Below are positions 31,824 to 40,007 of a stretch of DNA of 64,000 nt, piece after piece. This stretch comes from Candidatus Giovannonibacteria bacterium (GTDB lineage Bacteria > Patescibacteriota > Minisyncoccia > JACPKW01 > UBA11713): NCBI GenBank assembly GCA_023266875.1, contig JAHFOJ010000001.1:12851-76850 (forward strand), in the 5' to 3' direction. The position numbers were made by a program, and so were the translations under genes. Position 1 is the stretch's first letter, and every line of letters begins with the position of its first letter. The notes under the pieces were generated by a model that worked only from the letters and a program-made list of their open reading frames with translations, was not told the DNA's origin and did not search any database.

Positions 31824-32495
31824 ATGTCAAACTTTTTCAATCTCACAAGCACAGAATTATCGGCAACGGTAATAATTTTTAATTTATTCCTAGCGCTTAC
31901 TTTGGAACTAGTGATCGCCTGGGTATATAGGAAAACCCACCACGGTATTGCCTACTCGCAATCATTTCTCATGACGATTGTCATCATGGGGATCATGGTT
32001 TCCGTTGTAATGATGGTCGTAACCAATAATATCGTCGGTGCGTTTGCGCTCCTTGGAGCGTTCTCGCTAATCCGCTTCCGAACCATCATGAAAGAAACGC
32101 GTGACATCGCGTTTCTGTTTTCAGCGCTTGCCATTGGTGTCGCAGTAGGAACATCAAACTATTCCATCGCCATAATTGTTACGGTTTTTGTTGGCGCGCT
32201 TATCCTGATTTTAGAACGGCTAAATTTTGGATCTCTCGTACGGCGCGGCTATATTCTCACATTCCTTGCAGGTCGTGGGCACAACGAAACCAACCTCGAC
32301 AAAGTCTTCATAGAGTTCCTATCAGAATCACGTATTCTGCACGTTAAAGGTTTTAAAGAAGGAGAACGAGAATTTGCATACTTAATTAAACCAAAAGACG
32401 AAATGCAAATCTCAGAATTTATAAATCGCCTTGAGGCCCTGCCCGATCTTTCAGCCCCGTCCATCATCACCGGGCACGAAACCTCGGAGTATTAA
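31824..32495 (+). CDS. DUF4956 membrane protein
   Basis: 223 aa. Three or four N-terminal TM helices containing the conserved LLGAFSLIRFRT segment. Soluble C-terminal about 90 aa. Confidence 0.6.
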   Translation: MSNFFNLTSTELSATVIIFNLFLALTLELVIAWVYRKTHHGIAYSQSFLMTIVIMGIMVSVVMMVVTNNIVGAFALLGAFSLIRFRTIMKETRDIAFLFSALAIGVAVGTSNYSIAIIVTVFVGALILILERLNFGSLVRRGYILTFLAGRGHNETNLDKVFIEFLSESRILHVKGFKEGEREFAYLIKPKDEMQISEFINRLEALPDLSAPSIITGHETSEY

Positions 32496-32497
32496 TT

Positions 32498-34171
32498 TTA
32501 ATTTGCAAGATCTTTCCTCAAAAGGATCTTGCTTGATCCTATTTGATTAACTTCCCTGTAATTATTGCTTACAAATTCTCGTATCGGCGGCTGAAATTTA
32601 AAGACAAAATCGGTCATGCGCTTATCAATCACAACATAACGCGGCGGGCGCGAAATTAGCTCTTTGAGAACCTCGGCTGGAGAAGGATAGGAAAAAAATT
32701 GCTCTTCAAAAGATGGGGCAAATTTGAAACCGAAAGGTGAAACGTCTTCAAACACTCCGCGACCCGCAAGCACAACTGGCAATCGATTTGCCGTAAATAT
32801 ATCTTCACCAGGAGCACTATTTTTTTCGATAAAGGATTCGAGAGTCCTCATTTCTGATTGTGTCCAATACCACCCCTCCCCTTTTGGATTTAAAAACCAT
32901 GCGCCCCCTGATATCCAGAAACTAAGTACCCCGAAAATAAATAAGACTTTCATAAAAAGGGAGAGGTCCCGAAAAGGAAACTGGGAAAAAGCAATTCCAG
33001 ACATGATCGCAACTATTGGAATGAATTCCCGAATATAGCCTGGATCCCAAATAGTGTAAGCTATAATTAAAATCAAAAACCAAACGAGGAGAAAAAGTGG
33101 TAAATGAGTAAGGTGCTCTAAAAACTTAAAGTTGTCACTAAAAATAAACTGTAAAAAAGAAATAATGATCAGAAGAGCAGAAATCATCATTAACAAAAAT
33201 ACCTCAGGTCGAAAGTTGGGCGCCACAAACCAGATATGCAAAGAATGAAATACAAGCGCGCCGTAAACAATTATTAATAGTGCGCTGATAATCCATCTCT
33301 CAAAATATTTAAAATAGCGCTTAATAAGAAGGATAAAAAAGAGAATCATTCCTGAAAATAGAAGCCAGCCCTCAAGCGCCAGCCCCTCAATAAAAGCAAG
33401 CCCCCATGTTCGGATCTGAAGGTAAAAGGAGGTACGCGCATGCGTAACATTTTGGCGCCACGCATTTCCATTGAAAATCTGCCAAATTAAGCCTAACCAA
33501 TATTCCCCAGCTGCTACTGCATTATGAGAGAAAATCCAAAGAAATATGGGCAAAAACCCGACCCCCATACCTGCCCAAAAAATTAGAACTTCCATGAGTA
33601 TATATCTCCCCCAAATTAGATATATTGTGAAGGCAAGCATCGCTGCAAGTGCCGACTGGCGTTCCAGATATGCTAAACCTAAACTTATCCCTGCAAAAAA
33701 AATCAAGAACCTACGATGACGGGTTATTCCATAATGAAGGGATAAAAGAGCTAAAAGTGTAAACATAATAGAAAAGGATTCAATTTTAATAATACTCTCG
33801 CGCCATAAGACAAAGGGTGAAAGCACATAAAATGCCGCCGCATACCACCCCGCGCGCTCAGAGCAAAAAGCTCGTGCTAAAAGAAAAATAAGAACTGCAA
33901 TCAAAGCAGAAGCAAGTAATACAGGAAGTCGTGCAGCAAAAAGATTACGTCCAAAAAACATAAGCGACAAATCGGTCAATATAATCAAAATAGGTGCGCG
34001 GGCAGAATAATCAGCGACAGGCACTAATCCTTGCCCAAACAAAATTGCCTGATGAATTCGGATGCCCTCATCCCCCGCTATCCTTACTAGCGGGAATACT
34101 AAAACGTGCAGCAGAATACTAAATGTAAAAATAAATATAATTTTCGATGAATTTTTCTTAAAATAGTCCAT
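32498..34171 (-). CDS. GT-C fold membrane glycosyltransferase (ArnT/PMT-like)
   Basis: 557 aa. More than 10 TM helices. N-terminal periplasmic loop with D-E motif (RIAGDEGIRIHQAILFGQG). Confidence 0.6.
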   Translation of the reverse strand: MDYFKKNSSKIIFIFTFSILLHVLVFPLVRIAGDEGIRIHQAILFGQGLVPVADYSARAPILIILTDLSLMFFGRNLFAARLPVLLASALIAVLIFLLARAFCSERAGWYAAAFYVLSPFVLWRESIIKIESFSIMFTLLALLSLHYGITRHRRFLIFFAGISLGLAYLERQSALAAMLAFTIYLIWGRYILMEVLIFWAGMGVGFLPIFLWIFSHNAVAAGEYWLGLIWQIFNGNAWRQNVTHARTSFYLQIRTWGLAFIEGLALEGWLLFSGMILFFILLIKRYFKYFERWIISALLIIVYGALVFHSLHIWFVAPNFRPEVFLLMMISALLIIISFLQFIFSDNFKFLEHLTHLPLFLLVWFLILIIAYTIWDPGYIREFIPIVAIMSGIAFSQFPFRDLSLFMKVLFIFGVLSFWISGGAWFLNPKGEGWYWTQSEMRTLESFIEKNSAPGEDIFTANRLPVVLAGRGVFEDVSPFGFKFAPSFEEQFFSYPSPAEVLKELISRPPRYVVIDKRMTDFVFKFQPPIREFVSNNYREVNQIGSSKILLRKDLAN

Positions 34172-34272
34172 AGAGAAAGTCTGTCTTGGGCTTTTTCATT
34201 TTTAACGAGACATAGGTTTCTAAAAAAATAATAAGCGCAACAAATCGCGCAATAACAAAAAATTGATCATTG

Positions 34273-35925
34273 TTATTTTATGTGAAATTGGCGTTTAATA
34301 ACCGTCATTCCCTCTACTTTACTATACGATTCAGTTACGTCAAGCAAATTAGAATTTAGCTCTCTTCCTAAAAAGTAATGAGAACTTGGTATAAATATAT
34401 ACGAAGCTTTAACTCCACAATATATTTTTTCTCGCGAAAGGTTTGACCCTATACGATCTTCCACATCGATTCCATCTGCGCATAAAGTTATCTTTCTTCT
34501 AAAAGGGACTGATGAGACATCGTGCCCAACAATAAGTTTTTTTCGTGCATATTGCTTTAAAAGCCTTTGTAATAATGGAATGCGCCCAAAAGTGAAGCCA
34601 AAAAGGCGAGAGAGAATAAATGAAGCACTAGAAAAAACATATTCTCTAATGGAGTGCAGTAATCCTTCAGATGAAACATATTCTGGCATAGAAGTGATAT
34701 GATTTTTTTGATCGAGAACGCCGGAAATAAGTTTCTGGCCGTTATACACAACACCTATTCCTGAATCGAAATAAACCTTTCCTTTTGCGTATAGCCGGAA
34801 AGAGCCCCCCTTATACAGGTTAATAATAAAATAATAAGTACTATTTTGAACAATTCGAATACCGCTTGATGAGAAGAAAATATCTATACGACGGAATTGA
34901 AAATATGAGAAAATATCTGGCATATTTTTTATTTCTGAAAAAGAAATGCCTGCGTAAAGCCAATTGTAAAGAATATAGCAAAGATAACGGTCATCGAGCT
35001 TTTCTGGAGATATCCCTAACTTGCAGACAAGCGCCTCCTGCATAAAACTACTAATAACTAAGGCGTTTTGATCAAATCGAGCGAACATTACAAAACCGGA
35101 AGGGATGAGATATTCTGTATTGCGCGATGCATATTCTCCTCCCACCGTCAGATCGGGATGCAAAAAATTAATGATAAACGCTGAAGCTTTTTTGATACTT
35201 TCTCTAATTTCTGGACGATTCGTTTTAAGATAGCATTTTACAAGGTAATCAATTGTGAGGGATAAATAGCCTATGTCTGGGCCGCCATATTCATTCCACC
35301 AGCCTTCAGAGCGCTGAAGCGACAGAAAACGAGTTAGCATAGACTCAAATAACATTTCATATTTTTTGTCGCCTGTCAGTACGCCTAGATTGTACATTGC
35401 TAAAAGCGCTCCTGCAAATTGGTTTTGTACTAATAATTCCTCTCGGCCTGAAAGTAAATCAGCGCTTCTGGCAAGCATTGCCACGTGACTCCTGAAATTA
35501 TTTATCTTTGTAGCTCCTAAAATAAGAAGTGATTCGGAAAGCGCTGCGGTAACAAAAGCCGTTGAGACAAACGACCCCTCATGAGGATACCACTCATCAA
35601 ATGACCCATCCGCACGCTGAATAGTATGCGTAAAAGCGAAGGCTGCATTTATCCAATCCAAGAGAAGCTGATCGGCGAAGTAACGATTTCCTTCAAAATC
35701 AGTACTCCAAAGGAGACTCAAAGTTAGAATAGCTTCTTGGAAACGGGAGGAATTCATATCAGAAGAATGATAATGCCAAAAGGCACGATCAAACGAGCCA
35801 TAGGTTCGGGATAAAACATTCCGATCCAGCTGACCTAGTAAGCGCGGAATATTTTCGAGCACAGATTCAAAAAAAATATTTGATTTTATCTGTGACATGT
35901 AATTACGGCGACTGAACCAAGCCAA
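34273..35925 (-). CDS. Large soluble protein, possibly heparinase II/III-like (alpha/alpha toroid plus beta-sandwich)
   Basis: 550 aa, Trp/aromatic-rich (FWHYHSSD, DEWYPHEGSFVSTAFVTAAL). Assignment is tentative. Confidence 0.35.
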   Translation of the reverse strand: MAWFSRRNYMSQIKSNIFFESVLENIPRLLGQLDRNVLSRTYGSFDRAFWHYHSSDMNSSRFQEAILTLSLLWSTDFEGNRYFADQLLLDWINAAFAFTHTIQRADGSFDEWYPHEGSFVSTAFVTAALSESLLILGATKINNFRSHVAMLARSADLLSGREELLVQNQFAGALLAMYNLGVLTGDKKYEMLFESMLTRFLSLQRSEGWWNEYGGPDIGYLSLTIDYLVKCYLKTNRPEIRESIKKASAFIINFLHPDLTVGGEYASRNTEYLIPSGFVMFARFDQNALVISSFMQEALVCKLGISPEKLDDRYLCYILYNWLYAGISFSEIKNMPDIFSYFQFRRIDIFFSSSGIRIVQNSTYYFIINLYKGGSFRLYAKGKVYFDSGIGVVYNGQKLISGVLDQKNHITSMPEYVSSEGLLHSIREYVFSSASFILSRLFGFTFGRIPLLQRLLKQYARKKLIVGHDVSSVPFRRKITLCADGIDVEDRIGSNLSREKIYCGVKASYIFIPSSHYFLGRELNSNLLDVTESYSKVEGMTVIKRQFHIK

Positions 35926-37244
35926 CCAACCCTGCGCAATCCTTGCGCGCGCATCAATCCCGCAAGCATACGACTTATCACATCATCCCTGCGGTCGCGG
36001 TGTAAATAGCTAGAGCCTTCCGAACGAATATACTGTACTAACATTTGATATGCCTGCTCATAGAATGGTGGGAGAAAAAAATATCCCGACCATTGGATGT
36101 TTTTGAAACCGAGTTTTTTTAGTTCGCGTGTAATAAACGAGAGCCGCAGAGGCTTATAGGGGCCAAAAAAACTATAAATGCCAGTTTTGCGTAAATCTTT
36201 ACCAAAGAGCCCCTTAATTATAAAGAAAAAGAAGAAGAGAAATAGATTTGATTTGCGTGAAATAATGACCAACTTACCTCCATCGTCAAGCGCGGCATGA
36301 GCTCTTGCAAGAAATTCACACTTGAGAACGTCCGAAATACGTTCGAGTTTAAATATAAATGTGGCGGTTTTTGGCCTCGGTTCAGCCAACAGAGGCCTTA
36401 CTTCATTGTAAACCTGATGAGTGAATTGGGAAGTATTAAGATGATTTAATTCTAATGCTGCTGCCGTATAACGTGATGTTTCTGTCGTCAAATCGATTGA
36501 AATAATTTTCACCTCCCGAGGAAATTCCCGTAAATAACTGCCGTCATAACTTAAAAAATCAAAAATAGGGCCGGATACTTCCTTTAATTTTTCGCGAATT
36601 ATTTTTCGTTCAGAGTCACTTATAATATCCATCTCCTTGCCTAAAAATGTCTTGCGACAATAATATTTCTGGTGGTTCTTGAGATCATCAAGAGTCCAAT
36701 CGTTGGGATTATAAGTAAAAGGAGGCCTTCTTCTGAGCTTAAATCGTCCCCAATGAATTGTCTCGTTTACTGGGCGACGAGATACAACTGGCTGACTCTC
36801 GGCTCGCTCGTCCGGATAGCCTATTGTTACAAAGCAACAAATAACTTCTGAATCTGGAATCTCTAAAATTTTTTTAATCTTCCTATCCGCTCCATAACTA
36901 TTCATCGCCATAGCAGAGAGACCATAATAATGCGCAGCAAGCAAAATATGCCCTACAGCAAGACTAGCTCCTTGCATCGCCTCTTTATAGTTCCACCCAT
37001 CAAACGTCACAATAAGAATTGTAGGCACACGGCGAAGCATTGTATTGGAAGCTGCCTCATTGATTAATTGCTCTTTCGTTTCAGCATCCTCAATGACAAT
37101 AAAATTCCAAAGCTGCAAGTTGCAATTGGTGGGGGCGTACGTAGCAAGTGTTAAAATTTTCTCGAGGGTCTCATGATCAATCGGTTTAGGGAGAAAACTG
37201 CGAGCACTTTTTCGCGTCTCGAGAACTTCGAGAAAAGATTTCAT
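35886..37244 (-). CDS. Fusion protein: N-terminal nitroreductase-family domain plus C-terminal class I methyltransferase-like domain
   Basis: 452 aa. Residues 1-150 are nitroreductase fold (RKSARSFLPKPI...ATYAPTNCNLQLWNFIVIED). C-terminal half is methyltransferase-like (...LARAHAALDDGGKLVIISRK). Overlaps the upstream gene by 40 nt. Confidence 0.5.
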   Translation of the reverse strand: MKSFLEVLETRKSARSFLPKPIDHETLEKILTLATYAPTNCNLQLWNFIVIEDAETKEQLINEAASNTMLRRVPTILIVTFDGWNYKEAMQGASLAVGHILLAAHYYGLSAMAMNSYGADRKIKKILEIPDSEVICCFVTIGYPDERAESQPVVSRRPVNETIHWGRFKLRRRPPFTYNPNDWTLDDLKNHQKYYCRKTFLGKEMDIISDSERKIIREKLKEVSGPIFDFLSYDGSYLREFPREVKIISIDLTTETSRYTAAALELNHLNTSQFTHQVYNEVRPLLAEPRPKTATFIFKLERISDVLKCEFLARAHAALDDGGKLVIISRKSNLFLFFFFFIIKGLFGKDLRKTGIYSFFGPYKPLRLSFITRELKKLGFKNIQWSGYFFLPPFYEQAYQMLVQYIRSEGSSYLHRDRRDDVISRMLAGLMRAQGLRRVGWLGSVAVITCHR

Positions 37245-38173
37245 TTTACTTCAAAAGATTCTCGAATAACAAAATTTCTTTCCGAACGGTTATTTTGCCG
37301 AACTATTAATTCGCCCAATAATCCTAACGAAAAAGATTGGAAACCTACGAGCACCAAAAGCACGCCAAAAAGCAAAAATGGACGCGAACCGATAAGAACG
37401 CCCCAAAAAAGTTTCAGATATGTAAGATAGGCCAAAATAATAAAACCAATTCCTGAAAGCGAAAGTCCAATAATGCCGAAGAAATGCATCGGCCGGCTAA
37501 TAAAGCGACCTAAAAAAAGAATAGTTAAAAAATCGAAGAATCCTCTGAAAATCCTGCCAAAGCCATATTTTGATTTTCCAAATTGGCGGGCGCGGTGATT
37601 GATTTTTACTTCTCGGATCGTAAAACCAAATGAAGCTGCGATAGATGGTATGTAACGATGCATATCACCGTGCAAAAGAATTGTCTTGGCAACATCACGA
37701 CGGTACCCTTTAAAACAGCAATCCATATCGTGAACCTTGACTCCTGAAAAAAAACGATTCATTGCGTTCGCAATCCTTGAAAGGAAAACTTTTGAAAAAG
37801 GATCCTGGCGATTTTGTTTCCACCCGCAAATAAGATCTGCCCCGCTTTCAAATTGGGCTAAAAACTTTGGTATCTCGTGGGGATCATCCTGAAGATCACT
37901 ATCAAGCGTGATAATATAAGTACCTTTCGCCGCGTCAAATCCAGCCTGCAGCGCCTGTGACTTTCCAAAATTACGCGAAAAACTAATAACCCGGATTGGT
38001 TTGAGTTTCTTAAGCTTCAAGAGAGTATGATCAGTCGAGCCATCGTCAATAAAAATAATTTCAAATGATTTGCCTATTTTTGTGAGTACCTCTAATAATT
38101 CACTATGAAGGACCGCGATCGACTCAGCTTCATTGAAAACAGGCGCTACAATTGAAATTTCTGGACGATCCAT
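37241..38173 (-). CDS. Polyprenyl-phosphate glycosyltransferase (GT2, ArnC/GtrB-like with C-terminal TM helices)
   Basis: 310 aa. SIVAPVFNEAESI...IFIDDGSTDHT...LDSDLQDDP motifs. Two C-terminal TM helices. Confidence 0.8.
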   Translation of the reverse strand: MDRPEISIVAPVFNEAESIAVLHSELLEVLTKIGKSFEIIFIDDGSTDHTLLKLKKLKPIRVISFSRNFGKSQALQAGFDAAKGTYIITLDSDLQDDPHEIPKFLAQFESGADLICGWKQNRQDPFSKVFLSRIANAMNRFFSGVKVHDMDCCFKGYRRDVAKTILLHGDMHRYIPSIAASFGFTIREVKINHRARQFGKSKYGFGRIFRGFFDFLTILFLGRFISRPMHFFGIIGLSLSGIGFIILAYLTYLKLFWGVLIGSRPFLLFGVLLVLVGFQSFSLGLLGELIVRQNNRSERNFVIRESFEVK

Positions 38174-38228
38174 AGTTGTAATAATAACACAGAAAACATA
38201 AAAATCAAGCCAGATTTTTTTACTTCAT

Positions 38229-38387
38229 TTAAAAAAGAACGTAGATAAAAGGGGCTAAAGCAGAACTTTCCGCAACTACAATCAGAGCCCCAAGTAAAAC
38301 CAAAAAGAAGATGATTGGCGCAAGCCACCATTTTTTACGCGTTTTTAGAAATTGCCAAATTTCAGAAAGAATTAATAGTTTTGACAT
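38229..38387 (-). CDS. 52-aa single-TM small protein (MSKLLILSEIWQFLKTRKKWWLAPIIFFLVLLGALIVVAESSALAPFIYVLF); resembles the small DUF5989/SxtK-like proteins that accompany carbamoyltransferases
   Basis: Not in the ORF track (under 60 aa). ATG at 38387, TAA at 38229..38231. Overlaps the SGNH-hydrolase stop by 26 nt. Family resemblance is from memory only. Confidence 0.35.
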   Translation of the reverse strand: MSKLLILSEIWQFLKTRKKWWLAPIIFFLVLLGALIVVAESSALAPFIYVLF

Positions 38388-39759
38388 GTAAAGATGCGCT
38401 CTTTGTAATATAATTTATGAGAAAATTAGCAAACAACTTTGCCTGCAATTTAGCCCCAGCCACATTAACATGGATGCCATCCCGCGTCCACATACTCGCA
38501 TCTGTGGGCATTTTTGCAGAAAAATCAAAAAAAGGAATCTGATTTTTGTTCGAAAGTACACGCACCATCTGATTATATTGTACGATCCCCTCTTTATAAA
38601 GAGGGGAGGATGTCTTTGCAGTTAAAGGACTGTACGCAAAGGAAAAAAGAATAGGCGTAGCACCTGCTCCTTTTGAAACTGAAATAATATTTTGAATATT
38701 GCGCTCGCTGTAGATACCTAAATTCTCTCCTAAAATTTCGAAAGCATCTTTATCTTTAAATACTCCTAAAGGGTACGACTTATTTTTTAATTGTGAATAA
38801 TATACACCTCCAACATACGTTTGAGCGTCATAAAGCTGTGAAAGCGCGCCGTAATGGGGAATAATACCAAATCGGCCGAATATCATCCTATAGATAACAA
38901 GTCTATTAAAAAATCCGATGTTCGGAATCGGCATTGGGCGCACACGCCCGGTATTATCCGGCTGATAAGCGCTTGACGGATAAACAAGCCTTGTTTCAAG
39001 CTCATTAGTTCCTTCATAAAAAATAACCATATCAGGCTGAAGATTCAACACGCGAAACTCAAGATTAATCAGAGTAGGCCAACTATCGTAATCACCCACT
39101 CCAGCATTAATAACTTCAACATTTTTGAAACCAAGTGCGCGTAACTCCTCTTCAAGCTGGTAAGGATAAGCATCTTTATATGTAGGAAGTTTGTCTCCGT
39201 ATGTTGTAGAGCCCCCGATAGCCACGATACGATAAATCTCTTTAGGTTTTGGAACTTGAATTTCTTCGCCGCGAAATCCCAACGAATTATGCATATCTCC
39301 GTCCGAATTTTTGTAGTTAGGCGTAGGGTAATAGCCAAGATATGGATGACGTGAATAGCGAAGATTTTTATTTCCGATCATATTATACGTAGCATATGTT
39401 GCAAAAATATCTTCCGATGCGTAGTGTTTAAGCCAAAAACGAAGGCTGAACTCGAGGACAAGAGAACCTAAAGCAACAGAAAAGAGAAATAGAAAAACAT
39501 TTTTCCATTCCATATATGATGTCATTACTATAAGGCTCGAGCGCCAAAATATTACCGCCGCACCAATTGTAGCCATGCCTAAATCAAATGCCCACACAAT
39601 ACGCACACTCGCACTGGCGAGTAAACCGTCCGTGCTCCAATAGCGCGAGATGGTCCAAACATTAAACACTGCAACAAATGCAAAAAATAAAATCCCAACT
39701 GCAAAAAATATTCTTTCTCTAGAATTGTCTTTCATATGATTCTCGGTGTTCGCTCCCAA
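38362..39759 (-). CDS. Membrane-anchored SGNH/GDSL-family hydrolase
   Basis: 465 aa. N-terminal TM helices. Block I IVAIGGSTTYGD. Later GVGDYDS and YEGTNEL blocks. Confidence 0.6.
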   Translation of the reverse strand: MGANTENHMKDNSRERIFFAVGILFFAFVAVFNVWTISRYWSTDGLLASASVRIVWAFDLGMATIGAAVIFWRSSLIVMTSYMEWKNVFLFLFSVALGSLVLEFSLRFWLKHYASEDIFATYATYNMIGNKNLRYSRHPYLGYYPTPNYKNSDGDMHNSLGFRGEEIQVPKPKEIYRIVAIGGSTTYGDKLPTYKDAYPYQLEEELRALGFKNVEVINAGVGDYDSWPTLINLEFRVLNLQPDMVIFYEGTNELETRLVYPSSAYQPDNTGRVRPMPIPNIGFFNRLVIYRMIFGRFGIIPHYGALSQLYDAQTYVGGVYYSQLKNKSYPLGVFKDKDAFEILGENLGIYSERNIQNIISVSKGAGATPILFSFAYSPLTAKTSSPLYKEGIVQYNQMVRVLSNKNQIPFFDFSAKMPTDASMWTRDGIHVNVAGAKLQAKLFANFLINYITKSASLHVKTINSF

Positions 39760-40006
39760 GTGGGCGATAACGCCAATAACTTTCCATATATATCTCCATC
39801 TTTTCTCGATGCCGATCGGTTCCGAAAAGACGCTTGATCAATCCGAGTGGTGTAAGTATAATAAAAAATAATATACTTAAAATAACCCGGGTCATAACCC
39901 AGCCTAAAATAAGCACAAAAGTCATCCATATTCGCCAGAGAATTACTCCTAGGGGGAACTTCGTGACCAATTTTGGAATTTTTATTTTTCTAATTTCTTC
40001 AAACAT
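39719..40006 (-). CDS. Small 2-TM membrane protein (SxtJ-like accessory of carbamoyltransferase?)
   Basis: 95 aa. Two hydrophobic helices. Immediately downstream of the carbamoyltransferase with a 2-nt gap. Confidence 0.35.
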   Translation of the reverse strand: MFEEIRKIKIPKLVTKFPLGVILWRIWMTFVLILGWVMTRVILSILFFIILTPLGLIKRLFGTDRHREKMEIYMESYWRYRPLGSEHRESYERQF

Positions 40007-40007
40007 T

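Noticed and set aside
32505-32541. Hairpin GCAAGATC...GATCTTGC between convergent DUF4956 and GT-C genes as a bidirectional terminator
   Set aside because: It lies inside the 3' coding region of the minus-strand GT-C gene and has no flanking T-tract on either strand.
38146-38331. 61-aa minus-strand ORF from the track
   Set aside because: It overlaps the GT2 gene start. A different frame gives a more convincing 52-aa single-TM protein (38229..38387) with its own start.
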